Shown: positions 1 through 10,431, numbered from the stretch's first letter. The stretch: 64,000 bases of DNA from Betaproteobacteria bacterium (GCA_037127635.1 JBAXYD010000014.1:20067-84066); one strand, 5' to 3'. Translations and numbers: made by a program. Notes: generated by a model from the letters alone, not told the origin.

Positions 1-344
1 TTGGCTTTGCCTGGGTGGTGTTCTTCGGGGCGGCGGCCTGCGTCAAGTACCGGCTGCACCCCGCCATCGACGTGCTCGTCGAACGCCTGCCGGCAGGCGC
101 GCAGCGCGCGGTACGGGTCTTCAACCACGTGCTGCTGCTGTCGTTCTTCGGCTTCATGGTCTGGTTCGGCACTCGCTTCGCGATCGACGCCTGGGACAGC
201 CCGAGCCCTGTCCTGCGCATGCCGCAGACTTGGCTCTACGGGCCTGTGGCCTTGTGCTCGGCCCTGATGGCGGTTCGCTATCTGCAGGTGCTGGCCGGCA
301 GGGTCTGGCAACTCGACGCGGCGAGGGAAACCAATGCTGGCTGA
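1..344 (+). CDS. dctQ: TRAP transporter small permease (DctQ family), 5' truncated by window edge
   Basis: Hydrophobic ORF with W.VFFGAA...H.AID.L..RLP and SP.L..P..W.Y motifs; overlaps dctM start. Confidence 0.85.
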   Translation, partial: GFAWVVFFGAAACVKYRLHPAIDVLVERLPAGAQRAVRVFNHVLLLSFFGFMVWFGTRFAIDAWDSPSPVLRMPQTWLYGPVALCSALMAVRYLQVLAGRVWQLDAARETNAG

Positions 345-1629
345 CTGGCTGCCAGCCATCGTGATGGTGGTGCTGTTTGCGCTCGGCACCCCGATCGCGT
401 TCGCGATTGCCATCAGCGCGCTGTCGTTCTTCCTGGTCGCTTCCGATGAGGTGCCGCTCAACATCTTCGTGCAGAAGATGGTCACGGCCACCGACTCCTA
501 TCCCTTGCTTGCCATCCCGTTCTTCGTGTTGGCCGGAGCCATCATGAATCGCGCGGGCATCACCCGCAAGTTGTTGGCGCTGGCCGATGCGCTGGTGGGG
601 CATGTCACGGGTGCGCTTGCGCAGATGTGTACGGTGCTGGCGACGCTGCTTGGGGGGCTCACGGCGTCGTCAAGCGCAGACGCGGCGATGTTGGCCAAGG
701 TGCTCGGGCCGGAGATGACACGCCACGGCTACAGCCCGGCGTTTGCCGCGGTCATCACCTCGTGCGCGGCCATCATCACGGCGCTCATTCCGCCGTCGAT
801 CGGGTTGATCATCTATGGCTACATCGCCGATGCCTCGATCGGGCGGCTGTTTGTGGGGGGCATCGTGCCAGGCCTGATGCTGGCCGGGTCTCTCATGATC
901 GTGACGGCCATCATCTCCAAGCGCCGTGGCTACTTGCCGTTGCGCCAGGTGCGCGCCAGTCGGGCGGAGCTTTTCACGGCCTTTCGCGAGGCCTTGTGGG
1001 CTCTGTCGATCCCGGTGTTCATCATCGCTGGCATCCGCTACGGCATCTTCACGCCGACCGAGGCCGGTGCGATCACGGTCCTTTACGTGATCCTGGTGGG
1101 GCTGTTCGCCTACCGGTCGCTTCGGCTGGCCGACCTGCCGAAGCTGCTGCAGGAGACCGCGCTCGACACCGCCTCGGTCATGCTGATGATCTGCGCCGCA
1201 TCCGCCTTCGGCTTCTATCTGGCCTGGGAGCGCATCCCTCCCCAGATGGCGGCCTGGCTGGTATCGCTGACCCAGGATCCCACCATGCTGCTGTTGCTGA
1301 TCAACGTGATGCTGATCTTGCTCGGCACCGCAGTGGAAGGCACCTCTGCACTGATCATCCTGACGCCGATCTTCGTGCCGATCCTGGTCAAGCTCGGGAT
1401 CGATCCTGTTCATTTCGGCATCGTCTTGGTGACCAACCTGACGATTGCGGGCGTCACGCCCCCAGTGGGTCAGATGATGTTCATCAGTTCCCAGGTGCTG
1501 AAGGTGCCGATGGACGATTACACGATCGAGGTGCTGCCCTTCCTGGGCGCCATGCTGGTGGTCCTCGTGCTCTTGACCTTGTTTCCCCAGCTCACCCTGT
1601 GGCTGCCCAATCTCATGTACGGGACGTGA
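334..1629 (+). CDS. dctM: TRAP transporter large permease (DctM)
   Basis: 431 aa hydrophobic; LLAIPFFVLAG, IPPS, FTPTEAGA, GIDPVHFG, TPPVG motifs. Confidence 0.95.
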   Translation: MLADWLPAIVMVVLFALGTPIAFAIAISALSFFLVASDEVPLNIFVQKMVTATDSYPLLAIPFFVLAGAIMNRAGITRKLLALADALVGHVTGALAQMCTVLATLLGGLTASSSADAAMLAKVLGPEMTRHGYSPAFAAVITSCAAIITALIPPSIGLIIYGYIADASIGRLFVGGIVPGLMLAGSLMIVTAIISKRRGYLPLRQVRASRAELFTAFREALWALSIPVFIIAGIRYGIFTPTEAGAITVLYVILVGLFAYRSLRLADLPKLLQETALDTASVMLMICAASAFGFYLAWERIPPQMAAWLVSLTQDPTMLLLLINVMLILLGTAVEGTSALIILTPIFVPILVKLGIDPVHFGIVLVTNLTIAGVTPPVGQMMFISSQVLKVPMDDYTIEVLPFLGAMLVVLVLLTLFPQLTLWLPNLMYGT

Positions 1630-1645
1630 GAGCGCAAGGAGTGGC

Positions 1646-2764
1646 ATGAGATACCAGGCAGCCGTTCTGCACGCGACGGGCACACGGCATTCGATCGAAG
1701 AGGTCGAGTTGCAGCCGCTGGCCCCGGACGACGTGCTGATCCGCTTGCACGCAAGCGGTCTGTGTCATACCGATCTCGAGGTGATCGAGGGGGCGCTGCC
1801 CTATCCGCTGCCCATCGTGCTGGGGCATGAAGGGGCGGGTGTGGTCGAGCAGGTGGGCACCGCCGTGACCCATGTGAAGCCCGGGGACCATGTCGTCTGT
1901 TCCTGGAATCCGCACTGCGGACATTGCTTCTACTGCGAGCGTGACCAGCCGATCCTGTGCGAGCCGTTCACCCGTCACCAACCGGCCGGGCGGCTGCTCG
2001 ACGGCGACTCGCGCTACAGGCTGGCGGGTCATCGACTTCTGCATCACTTTTCCGCCACCTCCACGCATGCGCAGTACACCGTGGTGCCCGAGTCCGGCGC
2101 GATCGCCGTGCCGCGCGAGATCCCCTTCGACCGCGCCTGCCTGATCGGCTGCGGCGTGATGACCGGTGTCGGGGCGGCGGTGAGGCTCGCCAAGGTGGAG
2201 CCGGGTTCGACGGCGGTGGTGGTCGGTTGTGGTGCGGTCGGCCTGCACGCCATCCAGGGCGCGCGATTGCAGCAGGCGGATGCCATCGTCGCGATCGATC
2301 GCGACCCGGCGCGGCTGGCGCTGGCCCGCCTTTGTGGCGCGACGCATCTGCTCGGCCCGGCCCAGGGTGACGCCGCCGCCCACATCGACGCCGTCAAGGC
2401 GCTGACGGCGGGGCGTGGTGCGGACTTCGTCTTCGAGTGCGCAGGCGGCGAGGCGCCCCTGCAGTTGTCGCTCGATTGCACCCGCCCGGGGGGAAGCCTC
2501 ACCATACTGGGCAAGGTCAACGTCGACAAGAAAGTGTCGCTGCGCTTTGGCTCGATGATGGGCGAACGGCGCATCGTGCGTTCGAGCTATGGTGGCGCCC
2601 GTCCGCGGCGCGACTTCCCCTGGCTGGCGCGTATGTACCTTGATGGGCGGCTGAAGTTGGACGAACTCATCACGCAGCGTCTGCCGCTGGAGCGCATCGA
2701 TGAGGGATTCGATGCCATGCGCCTGGGCCGCACCTTGCGCACCGTGCTGGAGATCGCGCATTGA
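1646..2764 (+). CDS. Zn-dependent alcohol dehydrogenase (class III-like MDR family)
   Basis: GLCHTD, GHEGAG, structural Zn CGHCFYC..C, GCGAVG; RBS aaggag. Confidence 0.93.
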   Translation: MRYQAAVLHATGTRHSIEEVELQPLAPDDVLIRLHASGLCHTDLEVIEGALPYPLPIVLGHEGAGVVEQVGTAVTHVKPGDHVVCSWNPHCGHCFYCERDQPILCEPFTRHQPAGRLLDGDSRYRLAGHRLLHHFSATSTHAQYTVVPESGAIAVPREIPFDRACLIGCGVMTGVGAAVRLAKVEPGSTAVVVGCGAVGLHAIQGARLQQADAIVAIDRDPARLALARLCGATHLLGPAQGDAAAHIDAVKALTAGRGADFVFECAGGEAPLQLSLDCTRPGGSLTILGKVNVDKKVSLRFGSMMGERRIVRSSYGGARPRRDFPWLARMYLDGRLKLDELITQRLPLERIDEGFDAMRLGRTLRTVLEIAH

Positions 2765-2845
2765 CTTGTCTTGCCGCTGGGGCCCGGCCCCTCCTGCGCC
2801 TTCAACCCGTGTGAAGCCGCGCCCAAGATGAGCCCGACGTGTGTC

Positions 2846-3880
2846 ATGCAAGGCCTGGGGCCGGGGCGGCATCCGCCCCTGCAACCGGGCTGGGTCGACG
2901 CCCCGCACCACCACGTCGCGCTGGGTGACTTTGGGCTGGAGTCGGGGGAGTCGATCCAGGACTGCCATGTGACTTATGTGGTCCACGGGCCGCAGAGGGC
3001 CCCTGGCTTGCCGGCTGCGGGCGTGCCCGTGGTCCTGGCCTTGTCGGCCATTGGGTCCCATCACCACCGGCTCGACATGCTGATCGGCCCGGGCCGTGCC
3101 CTGGACACCCGCCGCTTCGCGGTGGTGGCGGTGGACGCGCTGGGCAATGGACTGGCCTCCTCGCCCTCCAACGCCGCTGCGCAGCCCGGCCATACCTTCC
3201 CCCGCTTCACGATTCGAGACATGGTGGCCAGCCAGGCCGCAGTGCTTGACGCGATAGGGGTCGACACCTTGCACGCGGTGGTGGGGGCGTCGATGGGGGG
3301 CATGCAGGCCTTGCAGTGGGCGGTGTCGCATCCTTCACGCGTGGCCCGGGTGGCAGCGATGACACCCATGGCGCGCACCACGCCGTGGGCTGCCGCTGTG
3401 AATGAGTGCTCGCGCCGCGCGCTGGCTGCCGGCGGCTCGCAGCCGTGGGACGCTTGGGTGCCGTTGATGCAATTGCTGGCAGGGCGGACACCGCTTCAGG
3501 TCGACGCTGCATTCGACAGTGCCGAGGAGGTGATCCGGTGGATCGGCCAGCGGACCGATGCCTGGGCGGCCCAGGGGTTCTCCCCGATCGACTGGCTTTA
3601 CCAGTCTTGGGCCTATGACGCGCACGACGTGGGGGGTACGCCAGGCTTCGGCGGTGACACCGCCGCGGCGCTGGCCTCGATACGCGCCCGCACCTTGGTG
3701 GCGGCACCTCCGTTGGATCTGTACAACCCCGCGCCTGCCGCCCGATGGGCCGCCGACAGGATTGCGGGGGCCCGCTTTGTGGAACTGGACACTGACTGGG
3801 GCCACCAGTCGGCCAGCGCCGCCGATGCGGCTAGCGTCAGGCGGCTTGACGAAGAGATTGCGGCGCTGCTATCGGGCTGA
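2846..3880 (+). CDS. alpha/beta hydrolase, homoserine O-acetyltransferase (MetX)-like family
   Basis: GASMGG nucleophile, IGPGRALDT, FPRFTIRDMV, DLYNP and WGH; start uncertain (2828 or 2846). Confidence 0.8.
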   Translation: MQGLGPGRHPPLQPGWVDAPHHHVALGDFGLESGESIQDCHVTYVVHGPQRAPGLPAAGVPVVLALSAIGSHHHRLDMLIGPGRALDTRRFAVVAVDALGNGLASSPSNAAAQPGHTFPRFTIRDMVASQAAVLDAIGVDTLHAVVGASMGGMQALQWAVSHPSRVARVAAMTPMARTTPWAAAVNECSRRALAAGGSQPWDAWVPLMQLLAGRTPLQVDAAFDSAEEVIRWIGQRTDAWAAQGFSPIDWLYQSWAYDAHDVGGTPGFGGDTAAALASIRARTLVAAPPLDLYNPAPAARWAADRIAGARFVELDTDWGHQSASAADAASVRRLDEEIAALLSG

Positions 3881-3882
3881 CG

Positions 3883-4106
3883 CGCTGAGCCGGACCTCCG
3901 CGAGGAGCTTGTGTCTGTCCTCGGGTTGGACCCGATTCGGGCGGTCTTGCAGCAGCACCTTCCGATCACTCCCTACAGTTTTCGCAGGGCAGTGCGAAGC
4001 AAGGCGAAGCGCGAGTTGATCATTCCCTTTCGAAGCGCCGGGTACGTTGCCGTTGACGATATCGTCACTCCTTCGAAGGTCATCGTGCTGGCGGTGCCGT
4101 CAGCAC
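3883..4106 (+). pseudogene. Degraded RelE/ParE-family toxin remnant
   Basis: Translation TPYSFRR...KRELIIPFRSAGYVAVDDIVTPSKVIVLAV resembles the ParE C-terminal consensus RELxIPFG..GYVALY.I....V.VLAVRHQ; no start, broken at the end. Confidence 0.6.
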
Positions 4107-5575
4107 TCCACGATGTTCACCGCCAACCCGCCGCGGGACGTCTCCTTGTACTTGGTCAGCATGTCGGCCCCCGTCTCGCGCATGGTCTTGATGACCTTGT
4201 CGAGGCTGACGTGGTGGGTGCCGTCGCCGCGCAGCGCCATGCGCGAGGCGTTGATCGCCTTCACTGCCGCAATCGCATTGCGCTCAATGCACGGAATCTG
4301 CACCAGGCCGCCTACCGGGTCGCAGGTCAGTCCGAGATGATGCTCCATGCCGATCTCGGCGGCGTTCTCCACCTGCTCGGGCGTGCCGCCCATCACGGCG
4401 CACAGGGCCGCCGCGGCCATTGAGCAGGCCACGCCCACCTCGCCCTGGCAGCCCACTTCGGCGCCGCTGATGCTGGCGTTCTCCTTGTAGAGGATGCCGA
4501 TGGCCGCGGCAGTGAGCAGGAAGTCGACGATGCCACGGTCATTGGCGCCAGGCACAAAGCGTGCGTAGTAGTGCAGCACGGCCGGCACGATGCCGGCTGC
4601 GCCATTGGTGGGTGCCGTCACCACGCGGCCGCCGGCGGCGTTCTCCTCGTTGACGGCCAGGGCGTAGAGGTTGACCCAGTCGATGACTTGAAGGGGATCG
4701 CGCGGGTCGACGCCAGGCCGCTCCCAAGTTGACCCGGCACCCCCTTGGGGGGTGGAGGTGTTGACGACGCCTCCTGGGGGCATCAGGCTTGCGGCCTCGG
4801 GGTGCGAGGTGAGGTCGCGGTACAGCGCGGCCGCGCGCCGGCGGACCTTGAAGCCGCCGGGCAGTACGCCTTCGGTGCGGCAGCCGCGGGCCACGCAGTC
4901 CTGCATGACCTGCCAGATGCGCATCAGACCGGCATCAATCTCGGCGTCGCCGCGCCAGTGGCGCTCGTTGCGGCGCATCACCTCGGCAATGGAACAGCGA
5001 TGCGTACGGGTCAGCTCCAGCAACTCGGCGCCACTGCGAAACGGCAGCGGCAGCACGGTGGCGTCCGGCGCCACGGATTTCTGGCGGGAGCCGTCCGCGG
5101 CCACCTCGTCGCTGACGACAAAGCCGCCGCCCACTGAGTAGTACACCTTGGCCAGCAGCTCAGAGCCGCCGACGCCGAAGGCGGTGAAGCGCATGCCGTT
5201 GGCGTGAAAGGGCAGGCTCTGTCGGCGGTGGAAGACCAGGTCCGACCTCTCGTCGAAGGTGACGGTCGGGCCGCCCCCTAGCGCGATGCTTCCTGGTCCG
5301 CGGATGGCCTCCAGCATGGCCGGCACGGCTTCGACATCCACCGTGTCGGGCTCGTGCCCCGCCAGGCCCAGCAGCACCGCCTTGTCGCTCCCGTGGCCCT
5401 TGCCTGTGGCGCCCAGCGAGCCAAACAGCTCGGCCTTGACCCTGACCACTTGGGTGAGCAGGCTCTCGGCAGCCAAACGCGCGACGAACATCCTCGCCGC
5501 CCGCATCGGCCCCACGGTGTGCGAACTGCTCGGCCCGATGCCAATCTTGAAGAGGTCGAAGACGGAGATGGCCAT
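4100..5575 (-). CDS. sdaA: L-serine ammonia-lyase (Fe-S dependent, single chain) carrying a ~28-aa in-frame insertion
   Basis: [61 protein letters not shown]. Confidence 0.96.
   Translation of the reverse strand: MAISVFDLFKIGIGPSSSHTVGPMRAARMFVARLAAESLLTQVVRVKAELFGSLGATGKGHGSDKAVLLGLAGHEPDTVDVEAVPAMLEAIRGPGSIALGGGPTVTFDERSDLVFHRRQSLPFHANGMRFTAFGVGGSELLAKVYYSVGGGFVVSDEVAADGSRQKSVAPDATVLPLPFRSGAELLELTRTHRCSIAEVMRRNERHWRGDAEIDAGLMRIWQVMQDCVARGCRTEGVLPGGFKVRRRAAALYRDLTSHPEAASLMPPGGVVNTSTPQGGAGSTWERPGVDPRDPLQVIDWVNLYALAVNEENAAGGRVVTAPTNGAAGIVPAVLHYYARFVPGANDRGIVDFLLTAAAIGILYKENASISGAEVGCQGEVGVACSMAAAALCAVMGGTPEQVENAAEIGMEHHLGLTCDPVGGLVQIPCIERNAIAAVKAINASRMALRGDGTHHVSLDKVIKTMRETGADMLTKYKETSRGGLAVNIVEC
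4710..4782 (+). repeat. Palindromic element copy 1, inside sdaA (antisense to the gene)
   Basis: ACGCCAGGCCGCTCCCAAG-N-ACCCCCTTGGGGGGT-GGAGGTGT..ACGCCTCC-TGGGGGC; shares head, hairpin and tail with 14420 and 58437 copies. Confidence 0.85.
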
Positions 5576-5889
5576 CAGTCGGTCGCGAGCATGCTCGAAG
5601 GCTGAGAAGGTGGCTGTGCAGGGGCTGGTTGATGGTCAAGTATCGAGGAGCTCAGGGCCCTTGCCAGGGCTGCGTGACGGTTCTTCCACGCCGGGGAACC
5701 CATGGCGTGGCAGACCAGATCGATGACGCGGTCTACGCCCATCTCCCGCATGGCGGCCAGAGAGGTCAGCCCCTGCGCTTCCAGGCGGCTGACGACCGTG
5801 GGGCCCAAGCCTGGTGCGCGAAGCAGCGCCAACCTCTCGGGATCGCAGAACCGTCCCGGCGCCCCGCCCCGCGGACCGCCCCCGCCCAC
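5575..5889 (-). CDS. Small helix-hairpin-helix domain protein
   Basis: [19 protein letters not shown] HhH-like motif; TGATG overlap with sdaA start; paralogue at 52197; start uncertain (5889 GTG or 5937 ATG). Confidence 0.7.
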   Translation of the reverse strand: MGGGGPRGGAPGRFCDPERLALLRAPGLGPTVVSRLEAQGLTSLAAMREMGVDRVIDLVCHAMGSPAWKNRHAALARALSSSILDHQPAPAQPPSQPSSMLATD

Positions 5890-5922
5890 TGGTTCGCAAC
5901 TTGGCTTGTTGAATCGAAAGAC

Positions 5923-5936
5923 TGCATGCGTATGCA
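5923..5936. promoter_or_regulatory. LacI-type operator TGCATGCGTATGCA
   Basis: Near-perfect 14-bp palindrome with central CG, recurring six times at promoters of this cluster. Confidence 0.75.
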
Positions 5937-6059
5937 TTACGCAAGTCTAGACAAGACTTTGCAAGATGACAAGCCCATCGCGCGCATGACGAGTTCTGCA
6001 AAAGGTCTAGCGTACCCTGGGAAAACCCGAGCCGATTCCCCTGTCTCGAGAAAGTAGAC

Positions 6060-6073
6060 TGCATACGTATTCG
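6060..6073. promoter_or_regulatory. LacI-type operator TGCATACGTATTCG
   Basis: Second copy upstream of the HisD-like gene. Confidence 0.7.
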
Positions 6074-6147
6074 TCATGGCCCGTCGGCAAGGCTGCGGGT
6101 ATTCGAGGCGCTGTCCTTTCGAGCACAACAAACCTGCGAGGCTCCAA

Positions 6148-7458
6148 GTGATCCGTTATCTAAAGCGCGGCAAAGACGCCGCCTCCATCGCCCAGGCGGA
6201 CGCCCAGGTCCGCAGCACTGTCGAAGGGATCCTCAAGGACATCGAACAGCGTGGCGACGAAGCCGTGCGCGAGTACTCGCGCAAGTTCGACCAATGGGAG
6301 CCTGAGCGATTCACGCTCAGTCAGGACGAGATCCGTGCCGCCGTGGCCCGGTTGTCGGCCCGGGAGGTCGAAGACATCCGCTTCGCTCAGACGCAGATCC
6401 GCAACTTCGCCCAGATTCAGCGCAACAGTCTGCAAGACGTCGAGGTGGAGACCCTGCCAGGTGTGGTGCTGGGCCACAAGCACATTCCCATGAACAACGT
6501 GGGCTGTTACATCCCGGGAGGCAAGTACCCGCTGCTGGCTTCCGCCCACATGAGCGTGCTGACCGCCAAGGTGGCCGGGGTGCCGCGGGTGATCGCCACG
6601 GCGCCGCCGTTTCAGGGCGAGCCGCACCCCGCCATCGTGGCCGCGATGCATTTCGCCGGCGCGGATGAGATCCTGGTGCTAGGCGGTGTGCAGGCCGTTG
6701 CCGCCATGGCCATTGGCACGGGCTCCATCAAGCCTGTTGACATGCTGGTGGGCCCCGGCAACATGTTCGTGGCTGAGGCCAAGCGCCAGCTCTACGGGCG
6801 TGTGGGCATCGACCTCTTCGCAGGGCCGACGGAGACCCTGGTGATCGCTGACGAGTCCGTGGACGGCGAAATGTGCGCTGTGGACTTGCTCGGTCAGGCA
6901 GAGCATGGGCCAACCTCGCCAGCGATCCTCCTGACCAACAGCGAGAAGCTGGCGCGTGACACCATGGCCGAAGTCGAGCGCCAACTGGGTGTGCTGCCCA
7001 CCGCCGGCATCGCGCGTCAGAGCTGGGCCGACTTCGGCGAGGTCATCGTTTGTGACACGGTTGACGAGATGGTGGCCAAGGCGGATGAGCTGGCCTTCGA
7101 GCATGTGCAGGTGCTGACGGCAGATCCTGACGTCTTCCTGCGCCGCATGACCAACTACGGCGCCTTGTTCCTCGGTCCGCGCACCAACGTCAGCTTTGGC
7201 GACAAGGTCATCGGCACCAACCACACCCTGCCTACCAACAAGAACGCCCGCTACACCGGTGGCCTGTGGGTGGGCAAGTTCCTCAAGACTTGCACCTACC
7301 AGCGCGTGCTGACCGACGAGGCCAGCGCCACGATCGGCGCGGTCTGCTCGCGCCTTTGTCACATGGAGAACTTTGCCGGGCACGGCGAGCAGGCCAACCT
7401 GCGGGTGCGCCGCTACGGCAAGCGGGATGTGGCTTGGTACAAGCCCGTGGATGCTTGA
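6148..7458 (+). CDS. Histidinol dehydrogenase paralogue (HisD/HpsN-like), probably catabolic
   Basis: [42 protein letters not shown]; no his genes nearby; GTG start. Confidence 0.85.
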   Translation: MIRYLKRGKDAASIAQADAQVRSTVEGILKDIEQRGDEAVREYSRKFDQWEPERFTLSQDEIRAAVARLSAREVEDIRFAQTQIRNFAQIQRNSLQDVEVETLPGVVLGHKHIPMNNVGCYIPGGKYPLLASAHMSVLTAKVAGVPRVIATAPPFQGEPHPAIVAAMHFAGADEILVLGGVQAVAAMAIGTGSIKPVDMLVGPGNMFVAEAKRQLYGRVGIDLFAGPTETLVIADESVDGEMCAVDLLGQAEHGPTSPAILLTNSEKLARDTMAEVERQLGVLPTAGIARQSWADFGEVIVCDTVDEMVAKADELAFEHVQVLTADPDVFLRRMTNYGALFLGPRTNVSFGDKVIGTNHTLPTNKNARYTGGLWVGKFLKTCTYQRVLTDEASATIGAVCSRLCHMENFAGHGEQANLRVRRYGKRDVAWYKPVDA

Positions 7459-7500
7459 GCGGTTGGCTGACTCTGTCCGTCCAGCAACTCACGCAGCGCC

Positions 7501-8238
7501 GTGACCGATCGCCCTGTTCTGGTGATGATCCCCGGCACGCTGTGCGATAGTCGGCTCTTTGATCGGCAAGCGCGTCGTCTTCGGTTCCAGGTGCAGGTGG
7601 TTCGTGTGGACTGGCAGCACTTGAGGCAAGCCGGTGACCCCATGGCCGCGCTCTTGCGTCGCCTGCCTCTGCGCTTTTCGTTGGCCGGCTTTTCGCTGGG
7701 TGGTCTGTGGGCGGTGCAACTGATGGCCCGGGCTCCAGAGCGGGTGGAGCGGCTGGCTCTGATCGCGAGCAATGCGGAAGCCTCCAGCCGGCGTGGTGCG
7801 CGCAGGAGTGCAAGGCTGTGGCGCCTGTGGCAAGCGCAGGGCCCAGCGGCGGTGGCGCGCGCCTGCAAGCCGGCCTACTTTCACCACCGCCGGCGCCGTC
7901 AGCAGCACGCGAGCCTTGTAAAGGATATGGCCTTGGCCACGCCTTCACGTGTGGCCAAGGCCCAGTTTGATTGGGCGGGCCATCGGCCAGACGGGCTGCA
8001 GGTGCTGGCCCGGACCGCTGCCCCCACCTTGTTGATCAGCGGCGCACATGACCGGTTGTGCCCTCGGTCCCTGCAGCAGCGCATCCTTGCGGCCGCGCCC
8101 ACGGTTCAATGGACCGAACTGCCGCGTTGTGGACACTTTCTCCCGCTTGAAGCGCCGGCGCGGCTGACCCGTCTCTTGGGGTCCTGGCTGGCCGAGCCTT
8201 CCCCGATCTCCCTGGAGAACGCCCTTGATCACACCTGA
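7501..8238 (+). CDS. alpha/beta hydrolase
   Basis: IPGTLCD oxyanion region, GFSLGG, G.HD, CGHF.PLE. Confidence 0.85.
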   Translation: MTDRPVLVMIPGTLCDSRLFDRQARRLRFQVQVVRVDWQHLRQAGDPMAALLRRLPLRFSLAGFSLGGLWAVQLMARAPERVERLALIASNAEASSRRGARRSARLWRLWQAQGPAAVARACKPAYFHHRRRRQQHASLVKDMALATPSRVAKAQFDWAGHRPDGLQVLARTAAPTLLISGAHDRLCPRSLQQRILAAAPTVQWTELPRCGHFLPLEAPARLTRLLGSWLAEPSPISLENALDHT

Positions 8239-9364
8239 AGCCCTGGCAGAGCGATTCATCCCCTTCGCGGGCTTGAAGTACTCGACCGAAGCCTTCATCG
8301 ACTACTGCATCCCGGCCTCGACGCCGAAGTACAACTATGCGCTGATCGGCCCTGGCGTATCGCAGAACCCGAACCAGCCGGTGAGCCTGCGGGAGCCGCA
8401 TGGCTTCCAGGTGGGCGGGGTGTCCATGCCGCACGGCAAGACCAACCCGGCGCACATGCACTTCACCTGCGAGGTCTTCATCTGTACTCGGGGGGACTGG
8501 CGCATTGAATGGGGCTTCAATCCGCAGGTGCAGTCGGCTCCCCTCGGTGAAGGCGACCTGGTATCCGTGCCGACGTGGATCTACCGCGGCTTCACCAACA
8601 TCGGTGTGGATGATGGCTTCATGTTCACGGCCCTCGGCGGGGACAACACCGGGGGCATCTTGTGGGGCCCGAGCACCCTCCAGGCGGCGGCGGCGCAGGG
8701 AGTGCAATTGACCGAAGGCTATCGGATCGTGGACTCGCGCCGTGGTGACCGCATGGAGCCCGACGAGCGCCCCGTCCAGCCCATGACCGCGGAAGAGATT
8801 GCCCAGCTGAAACACTGGCCCCCCTCAGAAATGGCTCGCCGCATCGTGCGCTTTGCGGACTTGGGGTGGTCGAGCAGGGCTTTGCTGGATGCCTCGCTCC
8901 CAGGATGCGGAGCCGAGTTGGCACCCGCCATTGGGCTGGGTGTCTCTCAGGACCGCGACCAATTGGCTCCGGTCCAGAACCCGCATGGGCTTTCCATCGA
9001 ATGGGTGCGCATCCCGCCTGGCGGGCAGATCTCGCGCCACCGTCTGCAAGAGAAGCAGGTCCTGATCGTCAAGAAAGGGGCGGTGGACGTGTCAGTAGAC
9101 ACCACGGCCGGCCCCATCACGTATCGAGCCCAAGGCCAGGCCAAGGCCTGGGACACCTTTTCGCTGCCAGACCGATGCTGGAGAACCTTGCGAAACCCAG
9201 GGACCACGTCGGCACTCGGAGTGCTGATGACGGCAGGCGACCACCGCAAGCGCATTGAATGGGACCCGACGGTATGTACCCATGCCGCCACTGAAACCGG
9301 GTGGGCTCTCGACGCCAACGGCTATGTGGCTGAGAAGCGATTCGTCGACCGTGCACAGCGCTGA
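8225..9364 (+). CDS. Bicupin-domain protein
   Basis: PAHMHFTCEVF and GDLVSVP.W.YRGF.N cupin motifs; second degenerate cupin (SRHRL..KQV, DTFSLP..WR...N). Confidence 0.75.
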   Translation: MITPEALAERFIPFAGLKYSTEAFIDYCIPASTPKYNYALIGPGVSQNPNQPVSLREPHGFQVGGVSMPHGKTNPAHMHFTCEVFICTRGDWRIEWGFNPQVQSAPLGEGDLVSVPTWIYRGFTNIGVDDGFMFTALGGDNTGGILWGPSTLQAAAAQGVQLTEGYRIVDSRRGDRMEPDERPVQPMTAEEIAQLKHWPPSEMARRIVRFADLGWSSRALLDASLPGCGAELAPAIGLGVSQDRDQLAPVQNPHGLSIEWVRIPPGGQISRHRLQEKQVLIVKKGAVDVSVDTTAGPITYRAQGQAKAWDTFSLPDRCWRTLRNPGTTSALGVLMTAGDHRKRIEWDPTVCTHAATETGWALDANGYVAEKRFVDRAQR

Positions 9365-9469
9365 AATCGAAACGACTAGCCCTGCAAGTGGCGCGGGTAC
9401 GCCCCCGTGGGCCCTGCCGGCCCCAGGACGACATCCACAGTCCCTAAACCTCGCAACAGGTGCTGACCG

Positions 9470-10276
9470 ATGAGCACAACCGTCCCCTTTCATCACCCGA
9501 TGGACACCCGCCTGCCTGAGATGCTGGCAAGCGGCCGGCGACTGCGCGGCATCTTCAACAGCCTGCCTTCGCCGGCCGTGGTCGAGATGTGCGCCTACGC
9601 GGGCTTCGACTTCATCGTGCTGGACAACGAGCATGGCAGTGCCGATCTGGAGACGACCGAGCACATGCTGCGCGCGGCACGTGCCAGCGGCATTGCGCCC
9701 ATCGTGCGCTGCTTCGAACAAGACATCGCCCGCGCGCTGGACATGGGCGCCAGCGGTGTGCAGGTGCCCATGGTGGAGACGCCTGAGCAAGCCGAGCGCT
9801 TGGCCCGACGCTTGCGCTACCCGCTGCCTGGAGGCGGCGGAGGCACGCGAGGCAGCGCGTTTTCTGGCCGAGCAGCCGGCTACGGCGCCTTCGGTGGGCC
9901 CGCGCACACGCGGCGCAGCAACGAAGCCCTGGTGCTGGTGGTGATGATCGAGACACCGCTGGGCGTGGCCAACGCCGCGGCCATCGCAGCGGTGCCAGGC
10001 GTCGACGTGGTGTTCGTCGGTCCCAATGACCTGGCCCACACCATGGGCCATGAAAACCGCTGGACAGACGCACCGGTGCAACGGGCCATGGAGCAGGCCA
10101 TCCGTGCCACCCACGCGGCGGGCAAGTGCCCCGGGGTGCTGGGCCTGACGACAGAAGAGGAATCGCGCTACGCCGGCTGGGGTGCGCGGTACTTCGCCCA
10201 TGTCACCACGTCCCTGTTCACGCAGGCGCTTCAACGTGCTGCTCGCGGTGAAGGTGCCGGTCCCGTCAGCTACTGA
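9470..10276 (+). CDS. HpcH/HpaI-family class II aldolase
   Basis: GFDFIVLDNEHG, LD.GA.GV.VPMV, MIET..GV, FVGPNDL. Confidence 0.92.
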   Translation: MSTTVPFHHPMDTRLPEMLASGRRLRGIFNSLPSPAVVEMCAYAGFDFIVLDNEHGSADLETTEHMLRAARASGIAPIVRCFEQDIARALDMGASGVQVPMVETPEQAERLARRLRYPLPGGGGGTRGSAFSGRAAGYGAFGGPAHTRRSNEALVLVVMIETPLGVANAAAIAAVPGVDVVFVGPNDLAHTMGHENRWTDAPVQRAMEQAIRATHAAGKCPGVLGLTTEEESRYAGWGARYFAHVTTSLFTQALQRAARGEGAGPVSY

Positions 10277-10307
10277 CCTGCACATGCACGCTTCACATCA
10301 CCGGTCA

Positions 10308-10321
10308 TGCATACGCAACCA
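10308..10321. promoter_or_regulatory. Weak LacI-type operator TGCATACGCAACCA
   Basis: Left half-site matches; upstream of TonB receptor. Confidence 0.45.
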
Positions 10322-10431
10322 CAACTGCGGCCACCTCTTTCCGAAGTTGATCTGTCGCGAATTTGTTACACAAACATCTCTTTGATGAGACCTGTTCATC
10401 AGGGTTTTCGAGACTTCCTTTGCATATTTGT

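Noticed and set aside
6148-7458. Calling this hisD of histidine biosynthesis
   Set aside because: No his operon context; divergent motifs; catabolic LacI regulon
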